From contig JBJLGD010000036.1 of the NCBI GenBank assembly GCA_045565015.1, positions 82-64,081 of the forward strand: a stretch of 64,000 bases of DNA, written 5' to 3'. The translations under genes and the position numbers were made by a program. A model generated the notes under the pieces. The model did no database searches. It was not told where the DNA came from and saw only the letters and a program-made list of their open reading frames with translations. Shown piece by piece: positions 1 through 10,525 of this stretch. This DNA comes from Paracoccaceae bacterium (GTDB lineage: Bacteria; Pseudomonadota; Alphaproteobacteria; Rhodobacterales; Rhodobacteraceae). Positions within the stretch are counted from its first letter, which is position 1; every line of letters begins with the position of its first letter.

Positions 1-21
1 AAAAGATTATTTTTGTTAGTG

Positions 22-753
22 TCATTCAAATTTACTTATCCAATCTAAACAGTCATTAATTGAGGATACTTTATTAAAATTTGAATAGTCTGGACGATTT
101 AACATGATCACTGGAATATCCAATATACTGGCTGCCTTTAACTTAGACTCCGAAGCACTTCCCCCAGAATTTTTTACTACTAAAAAGTCTATATTTAATT
201 TTTTAAATAACCTCAATTCATCTTCAACAGTAAAAGGCGGCCGTCCGATGATGAACGAGCCAGATTTAAGAGGAAACTTACCTTCATTCATATCAATTTT
301 TCTACAAAATACGTGACATTCTTTTAACTTATGAAATTCTTCTAAAGAATGAGCTCCAGTAGCTAGAAAAACTCTTGAATAAGGTGTAATATTATCAATG
401 ATTTCACTATAACTGTTAACTATAAGCCAGTGCTCATTTACCTTTGGCCTCCACTTATCTCGTAAGAAAAGAATCGACGGAATGTTTTCTTCATTACAAA
501 CAACCTTTGTTCGAGTGCTAATAGAAACTGCAAACGGATGAGTCGCATCAATTACAAGGTCCGGCTTTGTTTGCTTCAACCACACCCGAAATCCATTCTC
601 ACCACCAAATCCTCCCACTCTTGTTTTGCAAGCGAGTTTGTTAGGGTTTCTGGTATTTCCGTTAAGGGAAGCTATCACTTCAAAGTTTTTTTTCACAAGA
701 TTAGAGGCTAACAGCCTTGCCTCTTGAGTTCCTGCCAAAAGAAGAATTCTCAT
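22..753 (-). CDS. cobK: precorrin-6A reductase (CobK/CbiJ)
   Basis: 243-aa ORF. The N-terminal MRILLLAGTQEAR and the LVIDATHPFA segment are typical of CobK/CbiJ. It overlaps the upstream cbiD stop by 4 nt (operon). Confidence 0.8.
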   Translation of the reverse strand: MRILLLAGTQEARLLASNLVKKNFEVIASLNGNTRNPNKLACKTRVGGFGGENGFRVWLKQTKPDLVIDATHPFAVSISTRTKVVCNEENIPSILFLRDKWRPKVNEHWLIVNSYSEIIDNITPYSRVFLATGAHSLEEFHKLKECHVFCRKIDMNEGKFPLKSGSFIIGRPPFTVEDELRLFKKLNIDFLVVKNSGGSASESKLKAASILDIPVIMLNRPDYSNFNKVSSINDCLDWISKFE

Positions 754-1844
754 TTCTTTTCTTCAGCCAAGATTTTGCCACTACGATTTACTATTACGAT
801 ACCACACTTCGTGGTTGGATGTTTTATGAGCTCTTTCAACCTAACAACAGCCATTTTAGCAATCAATTCAGCTAGACCATTTCCAGCAATTTCTAACGCA
901 TCAAGAGCAGTTTTAGCATAGGATACGTCAGGCAGATCAGCTTTCTTACAAATATCTGCTAATGAATTAATGTTAACTTGTGAGCGTTTCGAGTGGAGAT
1001 CAACAGCACCAAAGGCAAATTTTGTTATTTTACCTATTCCACCACCGATAGTAATATAGGGTACAGGATGGGTATTTAAGTATTTAATCATACCACCTGC
1101 AAAATCACCCATATCTAACATCGCATAATCAGGGAGTTCGTAAAGTTCCTGAACAGCTTTTTCACTTGTTGACCCCGTGCAACCGGCAACATGATTAACC
1201 TTGGCCTCTCTCGCTACATCGATACCTCGATGGATGGATGCGATCCAAGCCGCACAAGAAAATGGCCGGACTATACCCGTTGTCCCTAATATTGATAATC
1301 CATTAACTATACCTAATCTTGGATTCCACGTTTTTTTGGCAATTATTTCTCCATTTGGAATTGATAAAGTAATTTCTATATTAGGTTTTTTATCATAAAT
1401 TTTTGATAACTCATAAACAACATCACTCATCATCTCTCTTGGCTTCGGATTTATTGCTGGTTCACCAACTGCAACGGGCAAGCCTGCCATGGAAACAATC
1501 CCCACCCCATCTCCTGCCTTAAATAAGATGCCTGAGTCTGACTCTGAAACTCTCGCTACGACCGTACATCCATGGGTTACGTCTGGATCGTCTCCTGCAT
1601 CTTTTTCAACACCAACTTCTGTCCAGTTATTACCTCTTTTAGGATTTAATAGGGAAAAGTTAGGAGATTCACCATTTGGTAAAATGATACCTATCGATTT
1701 AGGAAATTCTTCGCTCCATAAAGCTATTAATGCTGCTTTGACAGCTGCTGTAGCGCAAGCACCCGTAGTCCATCCACGTCGTAATTTTATAGCTTTATCT
1801 TTTACCATATTTATTAGTATAAACATTCCAGCATGCGACGCCAA
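750..1844 (-). CDS. cbiD: cobalt-precorrin-5B (C1)-methyltransferase (CbiD)
   Basis: 364-aa ORF with the LRRGWTTGACATAA signature near the N-terminus and GILGTTGIVRPFS, both characteristic of CbiD. The true start may be an internal Met. Confidence 0.8.
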   Translation of the reverse strand: MASHAGMFILINMVKDKAIKLRRGWTTGACATAAVKAALIALWSEEFPKSIGIILPNGESPNFSLLNPKRGNNWTEVGVEKDAGDDPDVTHGCTVVARVSESDSGILFKAGDGVGIVSMAGLPVAVGEPAINPKPREMMSDVVYELSKIYDKKPNIEITLSIPNGEIIAKKTWNPRLGIVNGLSILGTTGIVRPFSCAAWIASIHRGIDVAREAKVNHVAGCTGSTSEKAVQELYELPDYAMLDMGDFAGGMIKYLNTHPVPYITIGGGIGKITKFAFGAVDLHSKRSQVNINSLADICKKADLPDVSYAKTALDALEIAGNGLAELIAKMAVVRLKELIKHPTTKCGIVIVNRSGKILAEEKK

Positions 1845-1903
1845 GGAACTATATTCAGTCGCGGGTTATCTGTTTTTTTTCAGAGCATGGGCAATGTTAA
1901 ATA

Positions 1904-2755
1904 ATGAGTATAATAGAATTTAGTAATAAAGAGTTATGGCCGGAATTATTACCTGGTTGGGTCTGGCTCTGCGGCGCAGGACCCGGTGATCCTGGTCTTT
2001 TAACACTGCATGCCCTGAATGGGCTAAAACAAGCAGACGTAGTCGTTTACGATGCCTTAGTTGATAAAAAAATATTAGAGTGGTCTCCACAGGCGAAACT
2101 TATTTACGCCGGGAAACGAGGAGGAAAACCTTCTATTAAACAAAGAGATATTTCTCTTCAGCTTATTGAGTTAGCGCGTAACAGAAAGAAAGTTGTAAGA
2201 CTGAAGGGCGGAGATCCATTTGTTTTTGGTCGTGGTGGCGAAGAAGCCCAAACTCTAGTTCAAAGTCAAATCCCTTTAAGAATTATACCAGGTATCTCTG
2301 CTGGAATTGGTGGATTAGCTTATGCGGGAATACCAGTGACGCATAGAGACGTAAATCAGTCCGTAACTTTTGTTACAGGTCATGATCAAAATGGAGAAAC
2401 GCCATCAACAATTAACTGGGAAGCTATTTCAAATGGCTCTCAGGTAATTGTCATATACATGGGGATGCGACATATCAAAACTATATGCTCATCGCTGATA
2501 AATTGTGGAAGAGACCCGACAGAACCAGTAGCAATTGTGACTAAGGCTACCCTGCCAAACCAATTTGTACTCGAAACTACTTTACAGCATTGCGTTGAGG
2601 ACGTTGCAGCATCTGATATAAAACCACCAGCGATTATTTGTATTGGAAAATCAGTTCTTATGAGACAAGTATTGGACTGGCAATCGCAGTTAGATGGAGA
2701 AAAACCGCGTAGCACAAACCCCCTAAATATTAAGTTTCCTCCAGAGAGCGCTTAA
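1904..2755 (+). CDS. cobA: uroporphyrinogen-III C-methyltransferase (SUMT)
   Basis: 283 aa with GAGPGDPGLLTL and VVRLKGGDPFVFGRGGEE motifs of tetrapyrrole methylases. Divergent from cbiD across 59 bp. Confidence 0.85.
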   Translation: MSIIEFSNKELWPELLPGWVWLCGAGPGDPGLLTLHALNGLKQADVVVYDALVDKKILEWSPQAKLIYAGKRGGKPSIKQRDISLQLIELARNRKKVVRLKGGDPFVFGRGGEEAQTLVQSQIPLRIIPGISAGIGGLAYAGIPVTHRDVNQSVTFVTGHDQNGETPSTINWEAISNGSQVIVIYMGMRHIKTICSSLINCGRDPTEPVAIVTKATLPNQFVLETTLQHCVEDVAASDIKPPAIICIGKSVLMRQVLDWQSQLDGEKPRSTNPLNIKFPPESA

Positions 2756-2758
2756 CTA

Positions 2759-4027
2759 ATGGGCAATGGGATATTAATTGCGTCGCCACATTCAGGGTCT
2801 GGTAAAACTGTTGTGACTTTAGGATTATTAAGAGCGCTTTCAAGAATAAATAATGTACGAGCTGCAAAATCAGGCCCAGATTATATAGATCCAAGATTTC
2901 ATGAGGTTGCTTCCGGAAACCAGTCGTTAAACTTAGACACCTGGGCGATGAGTGAGGATCGGATTAAAAATCTATCAAGTGGTAAAGGAACACTTATTGT
3001 TGAGGGTGCAATGGGCCTTTTTGATGGTGACTCATCTGGCAAATCAGGTTCAGCAGCTTCATTAGCTAAAATATTGGGTTTACAAGTTATCTTAATAATA
3101 GACTGCTCAAAAATGGCGCAATCTGTTGCAGCTATAGTAAAAGGTTTCGTTTCATATGATCCGAATGTTAAGTTTTTGGGTATCATCCTCAATAAAATTG
3201 GAAGCGACAAGCATTTAAAAATGATTAATGAGTCATTGTCAGACAAGTCTTTTCCACCTGTAATCGGTTTTCTAAAGCGTAGTAATAAATTTCATCTTCC
3301 CTCTCGTCACTTAGGGTTAATACAAGCTACAGAAAAAAAAGACCTAAATGTTTGGTTAGATAAACTCGCCAATGAAATTGAGAATAGTGTGAAGTTAGAT
3401 AAATTAAAAAATAATATTTCCATTAAAAACAGAAAGTTAAAACCCAAGTTCAAATCGCCTGGTAAAATAATTTCTATAGCAAAAGATAAAGCTTTTTCTT
3501 TTATTTATCCTCATTTAGTTCGTGATTGGGTGGCGCAAGGTTCGAAAATTAATTATTTTTCACCGCTCGCTGATGAAATTGTGCCAGAGAGTGACTTTAT
3601 ATTTCTGCCTGGAGGATATCCGGAGCTATATGCCAAAAAACTAGCAGAAAATAGGCAGTTTTTAGACTCCGTTAGAGATGCCGCCAAAGATACTAAGGTA
3701 TATGGAGAATGCGGTGGATATATGGCACTAGGAGAGTCTTTGGTTGATGGCGATGGTAATTCTCATAAAATGTTGAACTTATTAGACTTGGTAACAAGTA
3801 TTGAAACACCTAAATTAACGCTAGGTTATAGAAAATTAAGAGCTTTTCCTGGTTCGATAGAAGGTACTTTCAGGGGGCACGAGTTTCACTATGCAAGAAC
3901 ATTGAAAGCGAGCGGTAAAAAACTATTTACAAGTTCTGATGCTTCAGACAATAGTCTTGCAGATTTAGGATTAATAAGTGGGCGTGTAAGCGGATCATTC
4001 GCCCATATTATTGATTTTTGCGAATAA
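2759..4027 (+). CDS. cobB: cobyrinate / hydrogenobyrinate a,c-diamide synthase
   Basis: 422 aa. N-terminal ASPHSGSGKTVVTLGL P-loop, C-terminal glutamine amidotransferase part with ECGGYMALG. Starts 3 nt after the cobA stop. Confidence 0.8.
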   Translation: MGNGILIASPHSGSGKTVVTLGLLRALSRINNVRAAKSGPDYIDPRFHEVASGNQSLNLDTWAMSEDRIKNLSSGKGTLIVEGAMGLFDGDSSGKSGSAASLAKILGLQVILIIDCSKMAQSVAAIVKGFVSYDPNVKFLGIILNKIGSDKHLKMINESLSDKSFPPVIGFLKRSNKFHLPSRHLGLIQATEKKDLNVWLDKLANEIENSVKLDKLKNNISIKNRKLKPKFKSPGKIISIAKDKAFSFIYPHLVRDWVAQGSKINYFSPLADEIVPESDFIFLPGGYPELYAKKLAENRQFLDSVRDAAKDTKVYGECGGYMALGESLVDGDGNSHKMLNLLDLVTSIETPKLTLGYRKLRAFPGSIEGTFRGHEFHYARTLKASGKKLFTSSDASDNSLADLGLISGRVSGSFAHIIDFCE

Positions 4028-4057
4028 ATTAACGCTAATAAAAGGTCGACGACAACT

Positions 4058-5293
4058 ATGTCTTCAGCAGAAAATTTTTTTAGAAATGATCCAAGAACCC
4101 GAAGAAACGTAATAGTACTTATTATTGCGCAAGCGACTTTAGGTTGTCAAATGCCGATGATGTTTGTTGTCGGTGGACTCGCCGGCAATATGCTCGCGAC
4201 CAATCCTTGTCTAGCAACCTTACCAATTTCATTGATAGTGTTTGGTTCCATGATAACAGCTCCATGGTTAAGTGCTTTAATGCAAAAGCGTGGAAGACGA
4301 ATAGGCCTTATGGTTGGAGCCGCAGGGGGAGCAATAGGAGCGTCCGTTGCAGCTTTAGGATTATTAAACAGCTCATTCGCATTATTACTGGTTGGGAGCC
4401 TTATTTCAGGGATTTATATGTCTGCGCAGGGTTTTTATCGATTCACTGTGGCAGATAGTGCAAGTGATAGCAGCAGACCAAAAGCAATTTCCTACGTAAT
4501 GGCGGGTGGGCTTTTATCAGCAATTTTTGGTCCACAACTAAATAACTTGCTCCAAAATTCTACCGCCATACAGTTTTTAGGATCTTATTTAGCAATAATA
4601 ATCTTAAATATTTTTGGTGGCTTTATATTCCTCGCTCTAGACCTTCCAAAAGTAGTCCAGTCTCATGCCGACGAAATAAAAGAAAAAGTTCGCACTCGTC
4701 TTGAGATATTAAAAACTCCAAAAATAGTTGCGATTATGATATGTGGATTGGTTTCATACTCACTAATGAACCTTGTAATGACTTCTACTCCTCTAGCTGT
4801 AGTGGGATGCGGTTTCACTACTACGCAAGCAAATAACGTTGTTTCTACTCACGTTTTAGCAATGTTTATCCCTTCTTTTTTTACAGGTCACTTAATCGCT
4901 CGCTTTGGTGCTGAAAAAATTATTGCTACGGGTTTAATTATCCTTTCGTTTTCAGGTATAACAGCCTTTTTGGGTGTTGATCTTTTAAACTTTTTTGTAG
5001 CACTAGCTTTATTAGGAGTAGGTTGGAATTTTGGGTTCATTGGGGCTACCACTTTAATTTCATCCACTCATAACAAAAGTGAGCGTGGAGTAGTTCAAGG
5101 GACTAATGATCTAGTGATATTTGGATCTGTTACAGTTGCGTCGTTAACTTCCGGTGGGTTAATGAATTGTTCAGGAGGATCCCCACAACAAGGCTGGTCA
5201 ACAGTCAGTACGGCTATGGTTCCAATGTTATTACTCGCAGCTTTAGCCCTCGTTTGGTTAATTATTAATAAGAAAAAAGTAACTACAGCCTAA
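4058..5293 (+). CDS. MFS transporter
   Basis: 411 aa, about 12 hydrophobic segments, MQKRGRRIGL loop between TM2 and TM3 (MFS signature position). Lies 30 nt downstream of cobB on the same strand. Confidence 0.6.
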   Translation: MSSAENFFRNDPRTRRNVIVLIIAQATLGCQMPMMFVVGGLAGNMLATNPCLATLPISLIVFGSMITAPWLSALMQKRGRRIGLMVGAAGGAIGASVAALGLLNSSFALLLVGSLISGIYMSAQGFYRFTVADSASDSSRPKAISYVMAGGLLSAIFGPQLNNLLQNSTAIQFLGSYLAIIILNIFGGFIFLALDLPKVVQSHADEIKEKVRTRLEILKTPKIVAIMICGLVSYSLMNLVMTSTPLAVVGCGFTTTQANNVVSTHVLAMFIPSFFTGHLIARFGAEKIIATGLIILSFSGITAFLGVDLLNFFVALALLGVGWNFGFIGATTLISSTHNKSERGVVQGTNDLVIFGSVTVASLTSGGLMNCSGGSPQQGWSTVSTAMVPMLLLAALALVWLIINKKKVTTA

Positions 5294-5305
5294 TATGATT
5301 CCTAG

Positions 5306-6070
5306 TTACAAACTTCTAATAACGACTTTCCACAAAAAACTCCATTTACGGCTAAGTTCACCAAGTTTCAAACGGCCAGCACTTATCGATTTAGGTGACC
5401 TAATCGCTTTATTTAATACTGTATTAGTTTGCCATGCCGAAAATAAGATTGGATACAAATATTTTTGCGAATTCAAAACTTTTTTTCCTAACTTATATTT
5501 TAACAATGCTTTTCTTGCCATATTTTGTATATATTCATCATTATTTTCTAAGAATGGTTGTCTATTTTTGGAAAGTAGCCTCGGAGCAGCTAGTAGGAAT
5601 GAGGAAACGCCTGCACCGTATGCATAATCTCTGACGGGTTCTTCTAAGTTTCTATCAGCGCCCAACAACTGTGCACCTACCCAAAAAAGATTTCCATATG
5701 TTTTGTTTATATAATCATCTTCATCTGTCACTGACTGGAATTTAGACGAGTTTGTATCCCAGTATCTTGCATCTATCATTTCACTGATTAATTCAATTGG
5801 GATAGATGATATCTCAAACATATTCACTATTTTATTTATAAATTGATACGACTTAATTACCGAGTGGTCCGTTAGACTATCTTTCCACCACTTCAATCTA
5901 ATTTGACAGATTAGAGGTTCACTTGAGATCCACGCTGCTTTTGAAATTTCATAGTTTAAAGCATAAAGGTAATGCAGTTTTTCTTGTTCATCGATTGATC
6001 CAATTAAAGAAGCTGCATATCTTTCCGGTTCCAAAACTTTTAAGTTATCTTTAAAGTTTTTAATGTCCAA
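5306..6070 (-). CDS. squalene/phytoene synthase family protein (NDUFAF6-like)
   Basis: 254 aa. The YLYALNYEISK ... IRLKWWKDSL pattern resembles the short alphaproteobacterial squalene/phytoene-synthase-fold proteins. Assigned by recognition only. Confidence 0.5.
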   Translation of the reverse strand: MDIKNFKDNLKVLEPERYAASLIGSIDEQEKLHYLYALNYEISKAAWISSEPLICQIRLKWWKDSLTDHSVIKSYQFINKIVNMFEISSIPIELISEMIDARYWDTNSSKFQSVTDEDDYINKTYGNLFWVGAQLLGADRNLEEPVRDYAYGAGVSSFLLAAPRLLSKNRQPFLENNDEYIQNMARKALLKYKLGKKVLNSQKYLYPILFSAWQTNTVLNKAIRSPKSISAGRLKLGELSRKWSFLWKVVIRSL

Positions 6071-6072
6071 AC

Positions 6073-7683
6073 CTAAGCTTTCTCTTTAATTAATTTCCAA
6101 TTGATCGCATCTAGCAATGCCTCAAAAGACGCATCAACAATATTTGGAGACACTCCAACAGTGGACCATCTCCGGCCTGATTGATCCTCACAATCTATAA
6201 TTACCCGTGTCACAGCCTCGGTCCCTCCACTAGTAATACGAACCTTAAAATCAACTAAGCGCATATCAGATATTAAGTCTTGGAAGGGTCCAAGATCTTT
6301 TGCTAAAGCTCTGGACAATGCATTTATTGGGCCTCTATCAGATCCTGTTTCGTCCATAGACTCAGAAACAGATAATTTTTTTTCCTTACCTATTTTAACT
6401 ACTACTACCGCTTCTGAGACCGATACATAGTCCCCATTTTTGTTTTTTCGTCTCTCTACAGTTACCCTGTATCTTTTAACTTCAAAGAACGAAGGCATTT
6501 TATTAACCTCGTTGAGCGCTAAGAGTTCAAATGAGGCCTGAGCGGTATCATAGGAATAACCGCAATCTTCTTTCTCTTTTACCTTTTTTAGTATCGATGC
6601 GAGTGTTTCTTTGTCAAAATCTTTTAGGCCGGCTTCCGCCAAACGTTTCTTTAAATTAGATTGCCCTGCCTGATTAGACATCGGTATAATACGTTCGTTC
6701 CCTACCAAATTTGGATTAATATGTTCATAAGTCGATGGATCTTTAAGAATAGCACTTGCATGTAAACCCGCTTTATGAGCAAAGGCCGAACCTCCTACGT
6801 ATGCAGAATGCTTATTGGAAACTCGATTTAATATATCATCAAAAAGACGGCTAATTTTAGTTACACTAGAAAGATTAACTTTACTCGCACTTAAATGATA
6901 TTTACTTTTATAGGGTTCTTTAAGTAACAACGTTGGAATTATTGAAATCAAATTTGCATTACCACATCGCTCACCTAACCCATTTATAGTGCCTTGAACT
7001 TGCCGTGCTCCTGCATCAATTGCCGCCAACGAATTAGAAACAGCATTTTCTGTATCATTGTGACAATGAATTCCAATATGTGATCCGGGTATACCGCTTT
7101 CTATTACTGCTCTCGTAATTTTATAAACTTTTGATGGTAATGTACCACCATTGGTATCACACAAAACTAACCATCTCGCTCCAGCAGTATATGCCGAACG
7201 CAAACATTCAAGAGCGTAATTTGGGTTTGCTTCGAACCCATCAAAAAAGTGCTCAGCATCAAAGATAGCCTCTCTACCACTTGAAATTAAACGTTCTATT
7301 GATTTTTTTATATTAACTAAATTATTTTCTAGACTTATTCCTAAAGCTTTTTCAACATGAAAGTCATGTGTTTTACCTACCAAGCATATAGTCGGTGTAT
7401 TTGCATTAATCACTGCAGATAATACATCATCGTTTTCAGCAGAAAAACCATCTCTTTTTGTCATTCCAAACGCTGTCAATGTAGCACTTGTTTTAGGCGA
7501 GGCAGAAAAAAAATCACTATCTGTAGGATTAGCACCCGGCCAGCCGCCTTCAATATAATCCACCCCAAGTTCATCAATCAATCGCGAAATATTCAATTTG
7601 TCGTCTGTTGAAAATTGGATACCATGTGTTTGCTGGCCGTCTCTTAGAGTTGTATCGTATATATATAACTTTTCTTTACTCAT
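6073..7683 (-). CDS. cimA: citramalate synthase (LeuA-related, CimA type)
   Basis: 536 aa. IYDTTLRDGQQ and HCHNDTENAVSNSLAA motifs of the HMGL-like/LeuA family. Length and C-terminal regulatory domain fit the CimA subgroup. Confidence 0.7.
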   Translation of the reverse strand: MSKEKLYIYDTTLRDGQQTHGIQFSTDDKLNISRLIDELGVDYIEGGWPGANPTDSDFFSASPKTSATLTAFGMTKRDGFSAENDDVLSAVINANTPTICLVGKTHDFHVEKALGISLENNLVNIKKSIERLISSGREAIFDAEHFFDGFEANPNYALECLRSAYTAGARWLVLCDTNGGTLPSKVYKITRAVIESGIPGSHIGIHCHNDTENAVSNSLAAIDAGARQVQGTINGLGERCGNANLISIIPTLLLKEPYKSKYHLSASKVNLSSVTKISRLFDDILNRVSNKHSAYVGGSAFAHKAGLHASAILKDPSTYEHINPNLVGNERIIPMSNQAGQSNLKKRLAEAGLKDFDKETLASILKKVKEKEDCGYSYDTAQASFELLALNEVNKMPSFFEVKRYRVTVERRKNKNGDYVSVSEAVVVVKIGKEKKLSVSESMDETGSDRGPINALSRALAKDLGPFQDLISDMRLVDFKVRITSGGTEAVTRVIIDCEDQSGRRWSTVGVSPNIVDASFEALLDAINWKLIKEKA

Positions 7684-9055
7684 CTAAAATTCCCTTTAAT
7701 GCCAGAACGTCAAAGTTCTCCGTAGAAACTACTTTTATAGATTCTCGAGAAACTTGTACCTCTAAACCTGCCGCAACAACATCTTGTTTAAGTAAATCAA
7801 ATTCTGTAAAACTATTTTCGAGAAATGCCTTATTCCGGCACTCGAGTAAAACATTAGATATTCTCTCAATCATGTGTTCACTATCTGTAGAACTGGACTT
7901 CTTCTCATCAACTAACATCAATAGTCCAATAAACTGAGCCGAAGCCAATAACTTAGCATAATCACCATCTCTTGAAAGCTTATGCAACCTTGAAATAGCT
8001 GCCACAGTATTCAAATCGTCAGAAAGTGCGTCAACTATATTAGGATCAACATCTCCAGGGGTTACATCGTTAGTTTGATTTCTCCACTTATTTAGTATTT
8101 TCTTCGCCTCATCAACCCTGGTCTTTGTCCAATCTAAGGGTTTTCTATAATGCGTATTCAGTAAAATAAACCTAATAACTTCTCCCGAAATATTTTCATC
8201 TAGAAGATCCTTGACCGTATAAAAGTTACCTAAACTTTTAGACATTTTTTTTCCACCCACCTGTAGCATTTCATTGTGAAGCCAAAAGTTTGCAAAATGA
8301 TCATTTGGGTTCGCGCATTGAGATTGAGCAATTTCATTTTCATGATGTGGGAACCTTAAATCACTACCGCCACAATGAATATCAAAGCTAGCACCAAGTA
8401 ACTTCTTTGACATTGCCGAGCATTCAATATGCCAGCCAGGACGGCCTCTGCCCCATGGAGAGTCCCAACCAGGTAAATCATTTGTAGAAGGTTTCCATAA
8501 AATGAAATCTAAAGGATCTTCCTTAAGCTTAGAAATTTCTACACGGGAACCAGCTATCATATCATCCAATGACCTACCAGAAAGTGATCCATAATTTGGA
8601 TAGGATCGAACACTAAAATACACGTGGCCTTCCTTACTGTAAGCATGACCTGTTTCAACTAGATCACTAATCATCTCTATCATTTCATCAATATACTCGG
8701 TCGCTCTAGGCATCGAGTTTGGCAGTAAAGAGTTTAACTCTGTCATATCTTCTAAAAACCATTCGATAGTTTCTTCAGTTATTTTTTTTATATCTACCTG
8801 TAGTGATTTTGCTCGATCATTTATTTTGTCATCAATATCCGTAAAATTTCGAACATAATCTACATGTTGAAAACCAAAGATTTTAATTAATAAACGATAT
8901 AGTATATCAAAAATTACTACTGGTCGTGCATTACCTAAATGAGCCCGATCATAAACTGTCGGACCACAGACATACATTCTAACATTTTTTTCGTCTAATG
9001 CGTAAAAGGTCTCTTTTTTCCGAGTTTTTGAATTATATAAGGTTATTTTTGACAT
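7676..9055 (-). CDS. cysS: cysteine--tRNA ligase
   Basis: 459 aa. YVCGPTVYDRAHLGNARP (HIGH region) and KMSKSLGN (KMSKS) motifs. The stop overlaps the cimA start by 8 nt. Confidence 0.92.
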   Translation of the reverse strand: MSKITLYNSKTRKKETFYALDEKNVRMYVCGPTVYDRAHLGNARPVVIFDILYRLLIKIFGFQHVDYVRNFTDIDDKINDRAKSLQVDIKKITEETIEWFLEDMTELNSLLPNSMPRATEYIDEMIEMISDLVETGHAYSKEGHVYFSVRSYPNYGSLSGRSLDDMIAGSRVEISKLKEDPLDFILWKPSTNDLPGWDSPWGRGRPGWHIECSAMSKKLLGASFDIHCGGSDLRFPHHENEIAQSQCANPNDHFANFWLHNEMLQVGGKKMSKSLGNFYTVKDLLDENISGEVIRFILLNTHYRKPLDWTKTRVDEAKKILNKWRNQTNDVTPGDVDPNIVDALSDDLNTVAAISRLHKLSRDGDYAKLLASAQFIGLLMLVDEKKSSSTDSEHMIERISNVLLECRNKAFLENSFTEFDLLKQDVVAAGLEVQVSRESIKVVSTENFDVLALKGILDE

Positions 9056-9258
9056 ATTTTATTAACGCCCAGGAAGCTCTAAACTCATTTAGATATAATT
9101 GAAAAGACTTCTTACATCAATTTCATTAAAATTAAACTACTTTTATAAATCTTTATACTTATGACGAAACGTAAATATAAAAATTATTAGAAACGATATT
9201 GAATCCTTGCTATTTTACTGATTGATAGGTTCCAAGGTTTTATCCGTTAGATTTTAAG

Positions 9259-10458
9259 TTGAGCACAATGAACCCATCAAATAGAATTAATGAACTATCC
9301 CAGTTAAGTAGTGGGGCTTGGGAGGTTTTTGAGAAGTCTCGAGAATTAATTAACTCTGGAATAGATGTTATTGAATTATCGATTGGTGAACACGACATCA
9401 AAACTGACCAACGTATATTAAATGCAATGAATGAATCTGCTCTAGACGGAAACACTGGGTACGCTCCGGTCAAAGGGAATGACACCTTACGAAAAGAAAT
9501 TGCAGAAAGAGTAACCTATCAAACAAAAGTTGAAACCAGTTTTAAAAACGTCATAGTCACGCCTGGTGGTCAAGCGGCATTATTTGCCGCGCATATGGCG
9601 GTATGTGATCACGGTGACATAGCTCTTTATTGTGATCCTTATTACGCGACTTATCCTGGAACCATAAAAGGCGTCAATGCAGTGCCCAAAACAGTTCAAG
9701 CCAAGGCTGACGATAACTTTCAACTATCTGAAACCGCTATAGACGCCGTTGCTTCAAACGCAAAATCATTATTAATAAATTCTCCCAATAACCCAACTGG
9801 TGTTATATACACTAGACAAACCTTAGAAGGGATAGCGGCGGCGTGTATAAAGAATAATCTCTGGCTTATTTCAGATGAAGTCTACAATACCCAAGTATGG
9901 AATTCCGAGCATATATCGCCTAGATCTCTTGATGGCATGAAGGAAAGGACAATAGTAATCGGCTCAATGTCCAAGAGTCATGCCATGACAGGAAGTAGAA
10001 TTGGATGGGCAATAGCCCCAGAAGAGCTTATTGATCATATGATTAATCTGGCTACTCATACTACGTATGGAGTGCCTGGCTTTATTCAGGATGCCGCGCT
10101 ATATGCGCTGCGTTTGGGAAAGCGGATTGAACTAGAGATTTCTGAACCTTTTAGAAGAAGACAAGAAATTGCTATTAAAATTTTATCAACACAAAATATT
10201 TTAAAATTAGTTCCACCAAGTGGGGCAATGTATTTGATGCTTGACGTTAGGGATACCGGACTTACCGGAATTTCATTTTCAAAATTATTACTAGAGGAAC
10301 AATTTATAGCGGTTATGCCGGGTGAAAGTTTTGGGGAGTCTGCCTCAGGTCATATACGAATCGCTATGACTGTAAACGATGAAATTTTCTCCGACGCACT
10401 TAATAAAATAATAGATTTTTCAAAAAGAAAGAAATTAAAAAAAGACTCACTTAGATGA
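9259..10458 (+). CDS. pyridoxal-phosphate-dependent aminotransferase (class I/II)
   Basis: 399 aa. NSPNNPTG and SMSKSHAMTGSRIGW (PLP lysine) motifs. The ORF starts at TTG 9259, with an alternative ATG at 9268. Confidence 0.8.
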   Translation: MSTMNPSNRINELSQLSSGAWEVFEKSRELINSGIDVIELSIGEHDIKTDQRILNAMNESALDGNTGYAPVKGNDTLRKEIAERVTYQTKVETSFKNVIVTPGGQAALFAAHMAVCDHGDIALYCDPYYATYPGTIKGVNAVPKTVQAKADDNFQLSETAIDAVASNAKSLLINSPNNPTGVIYTRQTLEGIAAACIKNNLWLISDEVYNTQVWNSEHISPRSLDGMKERTIVIGSMSKSHAMTGSRIGWAIAPEELIDHMINLATHTTYGVPGFIQDAALYALRLGKRIELEISEPFRRRQEIAIKILSTQNILKLVPPSGAMYLMLDVRDTGLTGISFSKLLLEEQFIAVMPGESFGESASGHIRIAMTVNDEIFSDALNKIIDFSKRKKLKKDSLR

Positions 10459-10525
10459 AACGAAAACGACATTAAATTTGTTAAAATTTGATAGATAACC
10501 CTAATAATTTTATTATCTTGATTTT

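Noticed and set aside
1845-1903. Possible cobalamin riboswitch in front of the cob genes.
   Set aside because: The divergent spacer is only 59 bp, far shorter than a cobalamin riboswitch, and I see no B12-box-like element.
1489-1923. 144-aa plus-strand ORF opposite cbiD. Similar antisense ORFs occur at 19163-19582, 45668-46132, 44013-44402, 48931-49266 and elsewhere.
   Set aside because: These lie entirely inside well-supported genes on the other strand. They have low-complexity, Ser/Pro/Leu-rich or otherwise unfamiliar sequence, so they are typical shadow ORFs.
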